Source: Cyanophora paradoxa CCMP329 (taxonomy: Eukaryota; Plantae; Glaucophyta). From it: DNA of 64,000 nt. Shown here in pieces: positions 11,417 through 24,374 of this stretch. The stretch lies in contig QPMI01000496.1 in NCBI GenBank assembly GCA_004431415.1, positions 124,001 through 188,000 on the forward strand, given 5' to 3'. A program made the translations under genes and the position numbers. The notes below the pieces were generated by a model. The model did not search any database and had not been told where the DNA came from. It saw nothing but the letters and a program-made list of their open reading frames with translations. The first letter of the stretch is position 1; each line of letters opens with the position of its first letter.

Positions 11417-13705
11417 CTAGTCCTTCCGCTCGAGGGTCGGATCGGGGGTGTCCCGTGCAATGGCGTACCGCTCCTCCTCCTGCGCTGAAAGGGTTCGAAG
11501 GGGGAGGGGGGGGGGGGGGGGGGGCAAGGCTGGAAGGGGGTACGCCGCGCCTTCCAGTACTCGGGGAAGCCGACGACCCTCTGCACGTCCGCGAACGGGA
11601 GGAGCTCGACGTGCTGCGGGGGGTACGGGTGAGGCTCGAGAGGGGGCGGGGGCGGGGCGGGAAGCTGGTTAGAGGGGCGGGGCGCTGGGCGGGCGGGCGT
11701 GCCTGCTCGGCGCGGTGGGCGTCGCTCTCGGGGAGGGCGCGGAGGGGGATCGCCTCGCCCCGCTTGAGGCGCGCCAGCGCGACCTGCATCGCCCGCGCCG
11801 CCACGCTGCCCCCGGCCCGGCCCCCCGCCCCCGTCAGAGGGGCGAGCTCGAGCGCAGAGGTGCGAGGCTCGCAGACGGCGAGCCTCGCGGCTTCAAGGGC
11901 GTTATCTTCACTTCAGCGAGTCGAGACGTTTGACGCCGCAGAGCAGGCGAGGGCGTCGCTTCCTTCTAGAAGCCAGCGGCCAGCACTAGAAAGAGGGGCC
12001 GGCGCCCCGGGCGGACCTGACGAGGGTGAGGGGGTACGCAGCAATCTTGTACCCCATCGACTCGAGCTCCTGCGGGCTGAGGATGGGCGTGGCCCTGGGA
12101 GGAGGAGGCGGAGGAAGTACAGCCGGTGAGAATGGGAGGGGAACGGCGCCACAGTTCAGAGGCAGGGGGTACAGCGTACCCCTCCTCCAGCATGTTAGCA
12201 AGGTGGTACACCCCCTCGTCCGCCCCCCCGCACTCTCTGATCACGCGCTCCATCTGGGGTACGCGCGGATCAGGGGCCGTACCCCTGAGCAACCCGGTAC
12301 CCCCGCGCGCCTCCTGCACGGAGGTAGGTGCCTCCACGAAGAGAATGTCGGCGCCGATCTCCCTGAATTTCTGCGGGGGGAGGGGTACAGTTTAAGAGCA
12401 AGGAGGGCACGGGGCGGGTGCAAAGGAGGGGAAGGGGGGTACCTTGGCGCGGTAGATGGCCTCGTCGAGGCCCAGCGGCCCCCGCGCGTCCGTGCGCGCC
12501 AGGATCCTGCGTTCGAATCGGCTCGGGACTATTTCCTCGGACTATCCTGCGTTCGAATCGGGGGTACGGCGCACAGAATGTCCGCGCCCTCGTTGCGCGC
12601 GTCGACGGCGGCCTGCAGGGAAATTCAGTACCCCCGAACCAGAGGGACCGAAGCGGGGCCGGGGTACGCGCCTGGAGGCGAGTGAACGCCTCGTTCCGGT
12701 CGACGACCGCCTTCCCCCGCGTGTGCCCGCAGCGCTTCGGCGAAACCTGGTCTGCGGGGGTATCAGGGGCGGTGCGGGGTACGCACAGACTGAGGGGGGT
12801 ACAGACCCTCAATCATGGCGGCGGCGAAGCCGGCCTGCCGGTAGCTCCGGATCGTCCTCTTGACGCTGGGAGAGGGGGTACGGGGATCGCCTGGAGGGGA
12901 GGGGGGGGAAGATGAGGGGGTAGAGGGAGACGCACTTAATGGGGTTGCCGAAGCCGGTGTCCGCTGCGGAGAAAGGGTGAGGGGCGGGCAAAATATTCGA
13001 GAGCGGAGGGGAGTCGCGCTGCACTCGCGCACCGTCGCCGATGCACGGGATGTCGATCACGTCATTGATCGCCTGCAGCCGCGCGCGGGGACCCACTCGG
13101 CGCGGGGGTACGCGATACGGGACTCAGCGTACCCGCCCAACGGTGAGCATCTCCTCCACCGAGATGAGGCCCTGAGAGACGAGCGAGCTTCGAATTCAGC
13201 GGATTTCGCGGGGGGCAGGGCGCGGCAGGCGCCCGCACGGTGTCGGGGCGGCCGAGGTGCCCCGCTGCGACGCTGAAACCGCTCATGAACGTCATATCGA
13301 AGCCAGAGGACTCGATGAGCTTCGCCGTGAGTCCGTCGTAGCAGCACCTGCCAGTCGACGGCGCCGCCGTCAGCGCCGCGCGCTCGGACGGCCACGATAA
13401 CGCGCTCCAAGCGGGGCGATCGCAGCAAGCGTATCGCGTATGCGGCCGGACGCGGCGGGACGGCGCTCGGCCGGGACGCACGGCATGATGCGGATTCCGG
13501 GCGCGGCCAGCACGTCGCGCAGCTTGTCCGCCGGTGACGGCTTCGATGCGGCCTCGACCGCAAAGCGCTTTCCAGCGTTGTGATCGGAGCGCACCGTCCT
13601 GGCCGGCGGCGCAATGCCGCGCCGGGCGCTGACTGGCAGGCCGAGGAAGTAGCTATTGAGGCTGGCCGTGCGGCCGGCGGGCGGCAGGGGCGGCAGGACG
13701 AACAT
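11417..13705 (-). CDS. Isocitrate lyase / PEP mutase family enzyme (CPEP phosphonomutase / dimethylmalate lyase-like), plastid-targeted
   Basis: CYDGLTAKLIE..GF..FMSGFSVAA, IPCIGDADTGFGN, AMIEDQVSPKRCGHTRGK, ARTDAR, GADILFVEAP, ANMLE, YPLTL. N-terminal MFV... Ser/Arg/Ala-rich transit peptide. Confidence 0.93.
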
Positions 13706-13978
13706 TTTCGCCGGACTCACGGGTATCGACCCTGAATGTGTAGAACTGTACCCCCGATTCGACAGCGGCCAAGCCAGGCGCGCTAGCTAGACAGCAACAG
13801 AAGCACCCGGAAGCTGGTCACAGACTCCTTAAGTAGAGATCGGCCTCTGCAGACGATCCACTAGTTACCAAAACAGGACGGGCGCCCCCGCAGGGGTGAG
13901 GCCGCCTACACTCTAGGGTCCTCTCTGTTAACGTCAGCTAATGCTTTAATCTCGTGCGCAGGGCCCGCCGCAGCACGG

Positions 13979-14371
13979 ATGCGGTACATTGAGCCTGAAG
14001 AGGTCTCGCTGACCCCGGACGCCAGCGGTCTGCTACCAGTAGCTAAGGATGCATCCTTTCATTCTCCGCCGCGCCCGGGCTCCCGGGGCCTCGGGGCGGG
14101 GCTCGCCAGCGACTACCGCAGCGTCGCACTTTCAGCCCAGCAGCGGCCGCGGACGAGCGGCGCGCAGGGCTTCTGGAGGAGCGCCTTGTCGACCTCCGTG
14201 GAGATCGGCGTGCCAAGGGAGTACCTAGCCATCACCAGCTCGCTGAGCCCGCTGAAGGCAGCCAGCGCCAGCCCGCCAGTGCCGCACCACCTGCGGAACC
14301 CGCTTCTCGCCTCGCCGCCCTCGTTCCCCAACGGGCTGAGGTTCTTGGACGGCCAGCGCACGGGCACGCCC

Positions 14372-14423
<52 letters not shown>

Positions 14424-17400
14424 CGCCGCGCCCGGAGCCGCAGCCCCTGCCGCAGATCCCCGTCAAGCAGATCATTGGGACGCGGGACCCCGTGCACTCC
14501 GCGCCGCCTCACGGGGCGCAGTCCGCGCCGCTGAGCCAGCGCGCGCTGGCCAAGCGTCACCTCCAGCGCACCGGCTCGACCCTCCGCGTCCTCCGGCGGC
14601 CCGCCCCCGCGTTCGACCCGGGCGCCATGGCCGTCGCCGGCCGCCGCGTGACCGCCGACGGGGAGAGGCCGGCCCCGCCGCCCCCGCCCCGGAGGCCCCC
14701 ACGCCCCCCGACATGATGCACTTCGACCCGCCCCCGCAGGCCCTCTCCGGCGGGGAAGAGGAATCCTTCCTTTTCGCCTCTCCCCCGCGTGACCGCCCCG
14801 CACCGGCGTCGCCGCTCCGCCAGTCCACGCCCTCGGGGGGCCTCCCCAAAAGGAGGGCGGCGGCCTGGAGCGCGAACGGGCGGCCCGTGACGCGGGGCGT
14901 GCACACCGTGCACGCCCCGCGGCACCCCTACATGCACGCCTCGCTCCTCGCCCAGATGGCGCCCACGGGACCCGCCCCGGCGCCCCTGCCCGGCGTCGGG
15001 CGGCCGGGCGCCCGCGGCGCCGTGGCGGCCTACCAGCTGGAGGGCGAGCTGCAGGCGGAGCGCGCCGCCCTCCGCAGCAGCAGCAGCGGCCTCGCCGGCG
15101 GCGGCGGAGGAGGAGGAGGAGGGTCCTTCGCCTCGCCCACCGGGCCCTCCTGGGCGCCCCCGGCGGCGCCGGCGGCGCCGGTGCCGGCGGCCTGAGGCCG
15201 CAGACCGCCCCTCCGCCACCAGCTCTACATCCTCTCTCCACGATGAGGGACCGAAGCGGTACCCCCTCCGAAGAGACCCCCACCGCCGCCCCGCCCCGCC
15301 GCGCCCGCCGCCGCGCCGGCGCCCCCTCGCTGCCCCGCTCGTCCCCGGCCCCTTCGTCTCTCCGCGGGCCCCCGGGCGCCCGCCCCGCCCCTGCCGCCTC
15401 GACGCCCCCGCCCGCCCTCCTCCTTCTCCTCCACGCCCTTCCGCCCCGGGGCGCTGCCCCTCCGGCGGCCTCGCAGCCGCCCATCGTCCTCCCAACGGCG
15501 CTCCCCGACACTTCCGCCACCCCCCGCGCCTCCCGCCCCTCCTCCGCCGCCTCCGTACCCCCCTCCGCGGAGGAGGCGCAGCCGGGGCCGCCCCCGTCCG
15601 AACCGGAGGCGTCCGGGGCCGAACCGGCGCCGGAGTCCGACGCCGCCGCCCCCGCGCCCGAAGCCGCCCCCGAGACAGGGCAGCAGCCGGAGCCGGCGCC
15701 CGCACCGGAGCTGAGCGCGCCGGCCGCCGCCCCGCCCGAGCCGGCGCCCGGCCGAGGCCCGGGCCCGAGCTCTCGGAGGCCGAAGCGGCGACGCCGGGCG
15801 AGCCCGAGGCGCCCCCGGCGGGGGAGGTGGAGGCTCCGGAGGGGGCCCCCGAGCCGGAGGCGCCGTCGCCGCCCCCCGCGCCCCCCCCGGCGCGGGTCGA
15901 GTCGCGCCGCTCGTCGCAGCACGCGGACGGCTCCCGGCGCTCCTCCCTCCACGCCTCCGAGTCCCGACGCTCCTCGACGCACTCGGTGGTACCCCCCCTG
16001 CAGCTCCCCGCCATCTCCTTCTCGGAGCCGGCGAACTCGAACCCCTTCGCCTTCCTGGACGCGCTGCCCCCGCCCGGGGAGCTGCCCCTCCCGACCCTCG
16101 ACATGGGCACCGGCCTCGGCATCGGCATCGCCTTCCCCGGCCTCGCCACGCCGACCCTCTCCCCGAGCCCCTCCGCCAACCTCAACATGGACATCGCCGG
16201 TCCGCCCCGCCCCGCCCCGCCCCGCCCCGCTCCGCCCCCCGGCACCGGGCCGAGCCGGCTCCGCTCGCAGGGCTGACGGTGGTGACGACGCCGGCGGTGG
16301 CGCCCACCTCCTTCCGGTGCGCCCGTACCCCCCTCCCAAGCCCGGGCCCGGGCCCCGGCCCCGGCCCGGCAGCCGACGCCGGCCGGCCCTCCTACCGCAG
16401 GTTCGACCTCAACTTCAACCCCGGGGAGCTGACGGTGGCCGTGAGGGAGCCCGGGCCCCTCCCCAGTGCGCCCCGCCCGCCCCCCCGCCGCCCGCCCCTC
16501 TCCTCGGGCCCCTGGATCGGCTGAGGGCCCGCGCGCGCGCGCGCCCCCCGCAGGCATGGCGCCGACCCCGATCGCCCTCTCCCCCCACATCTCCATCATC
16601 TCCGGCCGCTCCGGCCGCTCCCGCGCCGCCCGCCGCGAGTCCCGTGCGTAGACGCAGGGGCCGATGGGCGGCTCAGGGGCGGCTCGCCCACGCCCCCTCA
16701 CGCCGTCTCACGCCCTCGCCCCCCGCAGTGCGTGTGACGGAGCGGGAGCGGGAGGAGGCGTCGCAGACGGAGGCGAACCTCACCATCGCCGCCATGAACG
16801 CCCTCCAGCTCGTCCGCCCCCGGCCGCCCCGCCCCCCCGCCCCCCCTCCCCTCGCCCCTCACTCCCCCTTCCTCAGACGGGCGAGCTCCACAAGTTCCTG
16901 GAGGGCGAGGGCGACTACGAGATCGACGACGCCATCGCCGCCCAGGCGCCCGCCCCCACGCCCCCGCCCCCGCCCCCGCCCCCCACTAGCACGCCCTCGC
17001 GTCGAGAGGAGGGGAGGCGAGGCCGGGGCGGTTCTGACGCGGGGCGGGGCGGCCCCCGCGCAGACCGCCAGGAACCTCGAGCAGGCGCAGGCCGCCGGCG
17101 CGCAGGCCGGCGCCGCCGCCGCTGCTGCCACCGGCCCGGCCCCGGCGCCGGTGCCAAGGGCCCCGCGGCGCCGCAGGGCGCCGACGAGGCCCGCAAGAGC
17201 CGCCGCAGGTTCGCCCCCCCCCCCCCCTCCCCCCCCCCCCCACCCCACCCCACCCCTCCGTCCCTTCCTCCGCTTCCTCGCTGGGCAGCCGCCGTGTCCC
17301 GCGCGCTACTGCGAGATGCGCATGCGCATCCGATTACTTTCCCTGGCGTTCGGATCCTACCGTGGTCCAAAGCCAGTCTTCCCCTAACTCGTGCAGCTTC

Positions 17401-20400
17401 GACAGCCGAGAGGCTCGGAGGAGGCTCCCCTCCCCCCTCCTGACCCCCGGCCGCCCCGCAGCGTGCGGATCCTGAACATGGCGGACGGGGAGACGGACGG
17501 GGAAGGGGAAGGGGAGAGGGCGGCCGCCGCGCCGGCGCCCGAGGAGGACGGGGCGGAGGCGGACGAGGAGGGCGGGGAGAAAGGCGGGGACGAGAGGCCG
17601 AGCCGCCCGCCCAGCCTCGGCCGCGCCCGCACCGTCGGGCCCGGCATCGGGTGCGCGCCTTCCCCCGCCCGCCCCCACCCGCGCCCCCGCCGACTCCGTC
17701 CCCGGCGCAGGCTGGCGGCCTCGGGGGCCGGGGACGCGCCGACGCCGCCCAAGGGCGACAAGGCGATCTCCTCCAAGAGCACCGGCTGGCTCACCGCGCC
17801 CCAGGTGCCCGAAACTCCGCCCCGGGGCTTTGCCCGCCGTGTGCCTCCCCTGAGCCGCGCGGGGCGCAGCAGACGCAGCGGCCGCCCTCGATGGACCAGC
17901 TGGGCGGGGCCATGCGCCAGGCGAGCGAGCGAGGCCCACCCGCCGCCCCGCCCCCGCCTTCCTTCCTCCCACGCGCTGACGCCCGCCCCCTCGCCCGCCC
18001 CGCGCAGTCCGTCGTGATGCGAGCTCTCGAGCGACAGGCCACGAAGCAGCAGGCGCGGCCCCCCCGCCCCTCCCTCCGCCCCTCCCTCCTCCCTCCCCCG
18101 CCGGCTCTCCGTCCGTCTGAGGGGGGGGCGCAGGAGCGGCGGCGGGTAACGAAGAACGTCTCGTTCGGGCGCAAGGGCTCCCAGGTCGAGTACGAGGACG
18201 ACACGTGCGCCCCTCCTCCCCCCTCGCCAGGGAGCCGCCCCCCCGAGCCTAGCGCGAGCCGCCACGCGCAGGATGGGCGCCGGGGCCGGCAGCGGCCGCT
18301 GGTGGGGCTCCAACGCCTCCTCCGCCGACGGGTGCGCCCCCGCCGCCCCACTCTTTCCACCCCTCCCGGGGTCGGGCCGAGGGCGGGGGCGGCAGGGAGG
18401 AGGGGACGGGGAGCGAGACGGAGCACGTGGGGGACGCGGGGGCGCCCCCGCCCGACGCCCCGACCCCCGAGGAGGCCGCCGGGCGCGCCCTCGCCGGCGG
18501 CAGCGAGGACGGCGGCAACACCACCCGCCGCATGCGCAAGGTCCCGCCCCGCCCGCCCCGCCCCGCCCCGCCCGCCCGCCGCCTCGCGGCCTACCCCGTC
18601 GCAAGCTTCCCCGCCCACGCCCGAGCCCGAGGGGGCGCCTGAGCCTGCGTCCCCCCCTCGCCCCGCCTCCCGCCTCGCCGGCAGACGCACATCGCGTTCC
18701 GGGAGGAGGACGACGTCTTCGTCTTCAACAAGAGCGGCACGCAGTCCGGTCAGCGCGCCCGCCGCCCCGCCCCGCGGGCCCCTCCTCCGCGCCCCTGAGG
18801 CGGCCCGGCGCAGGCGTCTCGGCCTCCGCGCCCGTCTCCGCCGCCCCCAGCGAGTCAGAGGGCGAGGGCGGCGGCGAGTCCCGCCCCCGCAACCGCCGCA
18901 ACTCCGCCGAGGAGATCCAGGTACCCCCCTTGCTTCGCCCCCCCCCCCTGCGTGGACGAGGGCACCTGACGGCACCCGGCCCCCGCAGGAGAAGACGGAC
19001 CAGATGCGCCGCGTGCCCCTCCACAAGCAGCGCTCCTTCCGCTCGTCCTCGTTCAATGTGCTCTCGAACGTACGCGACCCTCCGCCCCGGGGGCCGCGCG
19101 CTGCTCAGTGGTGCCGGGGTACGCAGATCTCGTATGAGGAAATCGACGTGGACGACATGGAGGTGAAGGAGCGCATGGGCATCGGGTCCTTCGCGGAGGT
19201 CTTCCGCGTGCGCCCTGTACCCCCGCTCCCTCTTCCAGCCCTCTGCTTCCGTCTCTCGGGGGAGCCGAACCCGCGGGGGATCGCAGGCCCAGTGGCAGGG
19301 GCGCGAGGTGGCCGTCAAGCGGTACCTCTCCGAAGTGTGTTTACCCCCCTCGCTCAGCCCCCCCCCCCCCCCCCAATTAACCCCCCCCCCCCCCCCCCCC
19401 GCAGATCCACAAGGCGACGAAGGAGGAGGTGGCGACCTTCCGGCAGGAGGCCTCCATCATGAGGCGCGTACCCCCCACACCTCCCAACCACCCCCCCTCC
19501 CCAGAGCGCCCGAGCTGACCCGCGTCGGGGCGCAGCCGCCTGGAGCACGCAAACGTGATCCGCCTGCTTGGGGCCTGCACGAAGCCGCCCCACATGGCCC
19601 TCGTCATGGAGTTCTGCAAGGGCGGCTCCCTCGAGAAGCGCCTCAAGGCCCGCCCCCCTTTCCTTTCTTTCTGCTCCCCCGCCGTCCCCCCTGCTCCCGC
19701 CCCTGAGACGGGGCGCCCCCAGGAGCACTGGATGGACCGGCAGCTCCCGCGGCCGATCATGTACAAGGCGCGCCGCCTCCCCCTCCTCCACCTCCGCCTC
19801 CACCACCAATTCGACCCGCGTTTCTCACTCTTCCCCCGTACCCCCGCAGATCGCGCGGGACATCGCGAAGGGAATGGCGTACCTCCACGGCTTCGAGCCC
19901 CCCGTCGTGCACCGCGACCTGAAGGCAGCGAACATCCTGGTACCGCCCACCCCCTCCCGAGACGGCGGGCGTACCCCCGAGAGCCTCGGCCCGCAGCTCC
20001 GAGAGTCGTCTGTCGATTCGTGGGACGTGGCCATCGGGGATTTCGGTGCGTGCGGGGCGGGAGGGGGGGGGGGGGGGGGGGGGGGGGCCGGGCGCGCCTG
20101 GTTGGTCCCCGGCACCGCTCCCCTGCCTTGGCGCCCGCCGCCTTCCGGCAGCCCCCCTGCCTTGCCTTCCCTCCTATCTCGTCATAGAGAGAAAGCGGGG
20201 GGCGCCCGGGTGAGGCGGAGAGGCGGGCCTGTCCCCTGACCGCGCCCGGCGCGCGCCGGCAGGCCTCTCCATCGACTGCGACAAGTCCCGCTTCATGACC
20301 GAGTGCGGCACTCTCCAGTACATCGCCCCCGAGGTGCGATCCGGCCTCCCCCCGGGGGGTACGCCGTTTGCGCGGGCGTCGTTGGGCAAGCCCCTGTGCG

Positions 20401-21003
20401 CAGGTCCTGCGCTCCGACCCCTCGAACGAGAAGGTGGACGTGTATGGGTACGCGATGCTTCTCTACGAGGTCCGTGCCGCGGCCCGCGTGGCCTCCCAAT
20501 TCGGTTCGGGCCCCGCCGAGGTTCGAACCAGGTCATATTTCGTCGGGTGCCCTACGCGGACATGCCCGTTCCCCCGCTCATGGCGTGCATGCGGGCCGTG
20601 TATGAGGGGCTCAGGTTCGGACCCCGCCGGCGCCCTTCTTCCGCCAGATGGTTTCTCGATGTGCCTTGCCCGACGCAGGCCAACGACGGAGGGCTGCCCG
20701 TACCCAGAGCTTCTGCCCCTGCTGGACGCATGTTGGGCCGACGAGCCGAAGGTGCGAATTTAGACGGCGAAGAAGGGGGACAGGGGGCCGGGGAGAGGGG
20801 GAGGGGAGAGGGGGGGTAAGGCGGGGAGCGCGGCTGTCTCACCTGCGCCCCCTTTCATCTGCAGGACCGCCCGGAATTCCATCAGATTGTGGAGGCGCTG
20901 GACGAGCTCGAGGTAGGACGGGTACCGGGCTTGAGCTTGCTTGCCTGGGTACGGGGTGACGCCTGCTTCGCAGGCACAGGCGGCCGCGAGTGGGGCGCTC
21001 TGA
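13979..21003 (+). CDS. Raf-like/TKL protein kinase with long low-complexity N-terminus
   Basis: Kinase exons 19127-21003: MGIGSFAEVF, VAVK, LLGACTKPPHMALVMEF, VVHRDLKAANIL, IGDFG, CGTLQYIAPE, KVDVYGYAMLLYE, CWADEP..RPEF; stop TGA 21001-21003. N-terminal exon structure and start uncertain. Confidence 0.88.
14372..14422 (+). repeat. CAA(CAG)16 microsatellite encoding 17 Gln
   Basis: Directly visible; in frame in ORF 13979..14716. Confidence 0.97.
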
Positions 21004-22122
21004 TGGATGGCAGTTTACATTCGAACTAGCTCTATATTTTTGATCGTTGAACTCTCGTTTTATATTAACCGCGCTAGATATTTTGATCAAATTACCCAAT
21101 ACTAGTGCGTATACTTTAAGCCAGGAAATTAAATCATAGCATATAGTATTGGTACAAATATATATCTGACTTTATTTTGACTCTATATATATCACCGTGG
21201 CGCGTGGGCGGCCAGTGCCGGCCACTGCGGCCACGTGCACTGAGCCGCCGGGCCAGCAACTCGCAATGACGCGGCGCTCTATATATACATAGCTTGGCCT
21301 CTGGATCCGCCACGCGCGTCGACGTCCGCCCCGCGCCGCCCCAGGCCCGCCCCGGCCGCTTTGCCGGCGCAGAGCGCCGCGCCCACGCGGGTCGATCGAT
21401 ATCCATGATCCGGATCCATGCATACGTATGGCGCCCCCGCGGCCGGGCCCGGCCGCGGGGCCCCGCGCGCGCGCGGCCGTCCCGGGGCCCGGGCCGGCCG
21501 CGGCCGCGGCGGCGGGCACGTGCACGTGCACTGCACGCGCGCGCCGCCCATGGCCAGCGGGGGATCGGAGGGGGGGGGGGGGATCCCGGAGAGGAGCTCG
21601 AGGGGGAGCGGGCCGGGGCACTGCGGCAGGGAAGGGGAGGCCTAGGGGGTGGGGGAAGGGCGGGGGGGGGGGGGGGGGGGGGCTGGCCAAGGGGCCGGGC
21701 CGGGGGGCCGGGCCGGGCCGGGGACCCGCGGCCGGGAGCTAGCTATAGGCTATAGCGCTCGATCATCGGATATCGATGATCCCTCGCCGGGGGTATACGT
21801 AAACAGCAGATATCTAGAATATTAAAATTAATGGTCTGACTCCTTTTTGCAATTGGTCAAGTCGAAGACATGGTTTGGCTGGGCGGCGCGGCGCAAGGGT
21901 ACGTATACAAGCCTACAAGGTGGCGATGACGTGTGACGCGCTCTAATTCAGTTTTTCAATCGATTTTCGGGGCCGTGTTCACATTCAGAACTTCCTTTAA
22001 AGTTCCTTACCCCATTTAAAAATAAGCGCATGCATCGCGATCGTGGATCGGATTCGCGATCGTACGCGTGGCCCGGCGGCCATGTGGTTCTGCCGCATGA
22101 CCCGCAGTGCGCGCCGCGATGC

Positions 22123-22622
22123 TACCGTAAAACACTTACTGTAAAACATGCAATATCCAGCGTCACTTTATTTCGGCAAAACCCGAAAAATGCGCCGAAA
22201 TTGTAGTTCGTCGGCATCATATTTTCGGCAACACAGCCAGTCCGCCTAGGCGGCGGGTACATTGATCCCTCTTTTGCCATACACCTACACAATTCTGGCA
22301 GTTTCAAATATTCGGCGCCGTGAGCCTATGCCGAATAGCGCCGAATATTAAGTGCCGCCGGAGATTTCACGTTTTACAGTAATTAATGCGCCAGAAATTA
22401 TTGCTTTTTTGGGGTCCGGACCCGGACCCCTAGTACCGAATTAATGCCTATGTGTTTTGAAGGCTTTAAATTTTGAAGCTAGCCTAGCTATATATAGCTG
22501 TTCAATGCGGACCTATTTTATGCGGTACCGAATTAATGCGTTTTGCCATCGGAAAACGCATTAGTTTGGTGCCGCATTAAAAAATTAATGAAGTGAGCGC
22601 ATTAATAAAGTGCAGTACGGTA
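22123..22622. mobile_element. Outer TA-flanked MITE, interrupted by a nested MITE
   Basis: Removing the inner element gives left end TACCGTAAAACACTTAATTAATGCGC, matching the reverse complement of the right end, TACCGTACTGCACTTTATTAATGCGC. Confidence 0.8.
22137..22381. mobile_element. Inner TA-flanked MITE with about 40-bp imperfect TIRs
   Basis: TA-CTGTAAAACATGCAATATCCAGCGTCACTT versus reverse complement of right end TA-CTGTAAAACGTGAAATCTCCGGCGGCACTT; TA duplicated on both sides. Confidence 0.85.
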
Positions 22623-22714
22623 TATGATGCTGCCAGATCTAGAGCGCTAGCCTGCCATCATGGCGCCGGCATGGCCAGCTGCAGACAGTGCCAGTGGCTG
22701 CCACAGCCTGCCAC

Positions 22715-23243
22715 CAGTGATGGGATTACAGATTAGACCAAAATCCGCTCTTTTATTATAATATTACACTAACGTTATATAATATTATTATAACGATTAG
22801 CGTATTATAAATAACGCTCCATAGAGAGGGCACCCCCGCACCTCACAGAACAGCTCGAAAACGTTAGAAAAGGGATAAGAACATCGCCTAAGCTATTATA
22901 CTGTGGATTTCAGAATGCAGACATCTAAATTCCCGTGGTTTCACCAGAGGGAGGCGCCGTACCCACTGTACCCCCGTGGCTGGACGGGCGGGCGGGCGAC
23001 CTGCCGGAACGCCAAAGATGCTGTACGACTCTTATAGCTTGCTGTGCATCGATATCGTTTCTTTTTGACGTAGGCGTTGCTAAGCATGAATTACGCAGCG
23101 TTTAGAGTGTTTGTAGCCTGTATCCCCCCCGGTTATTTTATTGTTATCGATAACTGCCGCCCTGGGACTATTACAGTAATGTTTATTATAATAATTATAT
23201 AAATGAGTATTATTTTGTATTATAAATTAGAGACTCATCACTG
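22715..23243. mobile_element. Non-autonomous hAT-type element
   Basis: TIR CAGTGATG...CATCACTG; perfect 8-bp TSD CCTGCCAC (22707-22714, 23244-23251); ATTATAAT-rich subterminal repeats. Confidence 0.85.
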
Positions 23244-23488
23244 CCTGCCACTGGCCGGCCATGGCCTGCCAGCTGCCGTGCAAATTCTGTGATTGGTCAC
23301 TCGTGCGCATCGTCAATGATTCACCATTCATCGCCTCGACGCAGCAAATTGCAAAGCGATTTGTGTGGTCTGCCTTGGCCGGCGGCGGGCCGGCGCCCGG
23401 CGGGTTCGGGTACGGTACCGGTACCCCGTAAACGTATACGTACCAGGAGGCCGGCGGAGCTGCGCATGCGCAATGCGCATGCGCATAA

Positions 23489-23735
23489 CACAGCTCGTTT
23501 TTTTTCCTAATCGACCCAACACGGCCCGGATATGCGCAAGGGTAGCCGGCGATCGCGATAACTTTTCACCCGAAGCTAGGCGGCTAGCGCCCAAGCTACA
23601 GGTTGTAGCCGGCATGCTAGCGGGTAGATTGCACTAGCTTGCGCAAGCTCCGGGGAATTCCTAATACCCGAGGGGAATTTTACAAAACCGGATATTCGGC
23701 CGTGTTGGGTCGACCGGTAAAAAAAACGAGCTGTG
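23489..23735. mobile_element. MITE with CAC-initiated TIRs (CMC/EnSpm-like)
   Basis: CACAGCTCGTTTTTTTT..TCGACCCAACACGGCC mirrored by GGCCGTGTTGGGTCGA..AAAAAAAACGAGCTGTG; AA on both flanks (possible 2-bp TSD). Confidence 0.75.
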
Positions 23736-24374
23736 AAGTATATGAGGCCCTACGCGTACGGAGTACGGACCCGGTACCCCGGTACGGTAAATGCGCGCGC
23801 GTGGCCATATGCATATGCATGCATGCATATGTGGACGGCACTGGACGCCTAGCTTATAGTCGTCGGCGACTCGTCGCCTACTACTAGGGCTACTAGCTAT
23901 AGCGTTATAAAAATTACCGCGGCCGCCGGGCCGGAGCGTCCGCACCACGTTCGCATTTCGTCTAGGCCTAGCGCTACTAGGCTAGCTGGCCTACTAGGCT
24001 AGTAGGCTGCCGCAGTGTCCGACGGTCCTGCACAACTAGCTATATAGCCGCTGAGCTACCGCTATAGAAGCCTGCGCCGCGGCCGTACGTGCTACACGCG
24101 GCACAGATCTAGATCTAGGCAGCGGTCAGCGCTCAGCCTGCTGCAGCTGGCAGAGTCGCGGGAGCCCTCGAGCTCAGCCTGGCAGGCTGGAACGCGCCGC
24201 GGCGTAGCTACCGTGCAGGGAAGCTCGAACTTCGGAAGCTACCGGCCGTCTTCTCCCGGGCTGCGTGCTAGCATCGCTGCAGCCCAGGCGGCCAAATTTC
24301 CCGACCAGCCGCGGAGTGTGCTGAACGCGGCCCCTGTTGCATAGGCGTAGGATGAGCGGCTGCGCCCTCGGGCG

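Noticed and set aside
11500-11525. Long G/C homopolymers as functional G-quadruplexes
   Set aside because: They are ubiquitous in introns of GC-rich genes, and run lengths are unreliable in assemblies, so no specific claim can be supported.
11812-12010. Intronic C/D snoRNA in a longer PEP-mutase intron
   Set aside because: Only an imperfect C box (GTGAAGA) and a CTGA; no terminal stem or recognisable rRNA guide.
14225-19462. Many 400-700-aa overlapping ORFs on both strands (also 38823-41840)
   Set aside because: Extreme GC content suppresses stop codons. The translations are Arg/Pro/Gly/Ala low-complexity and read through introns of the real spliced genes.
23489-23510. RAG/Transib RSS-like end (CACAG...)
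   Set aside because: No 5-bp TSD and no heptamer/nonamer spacing; fits a CMC-type MITE better.
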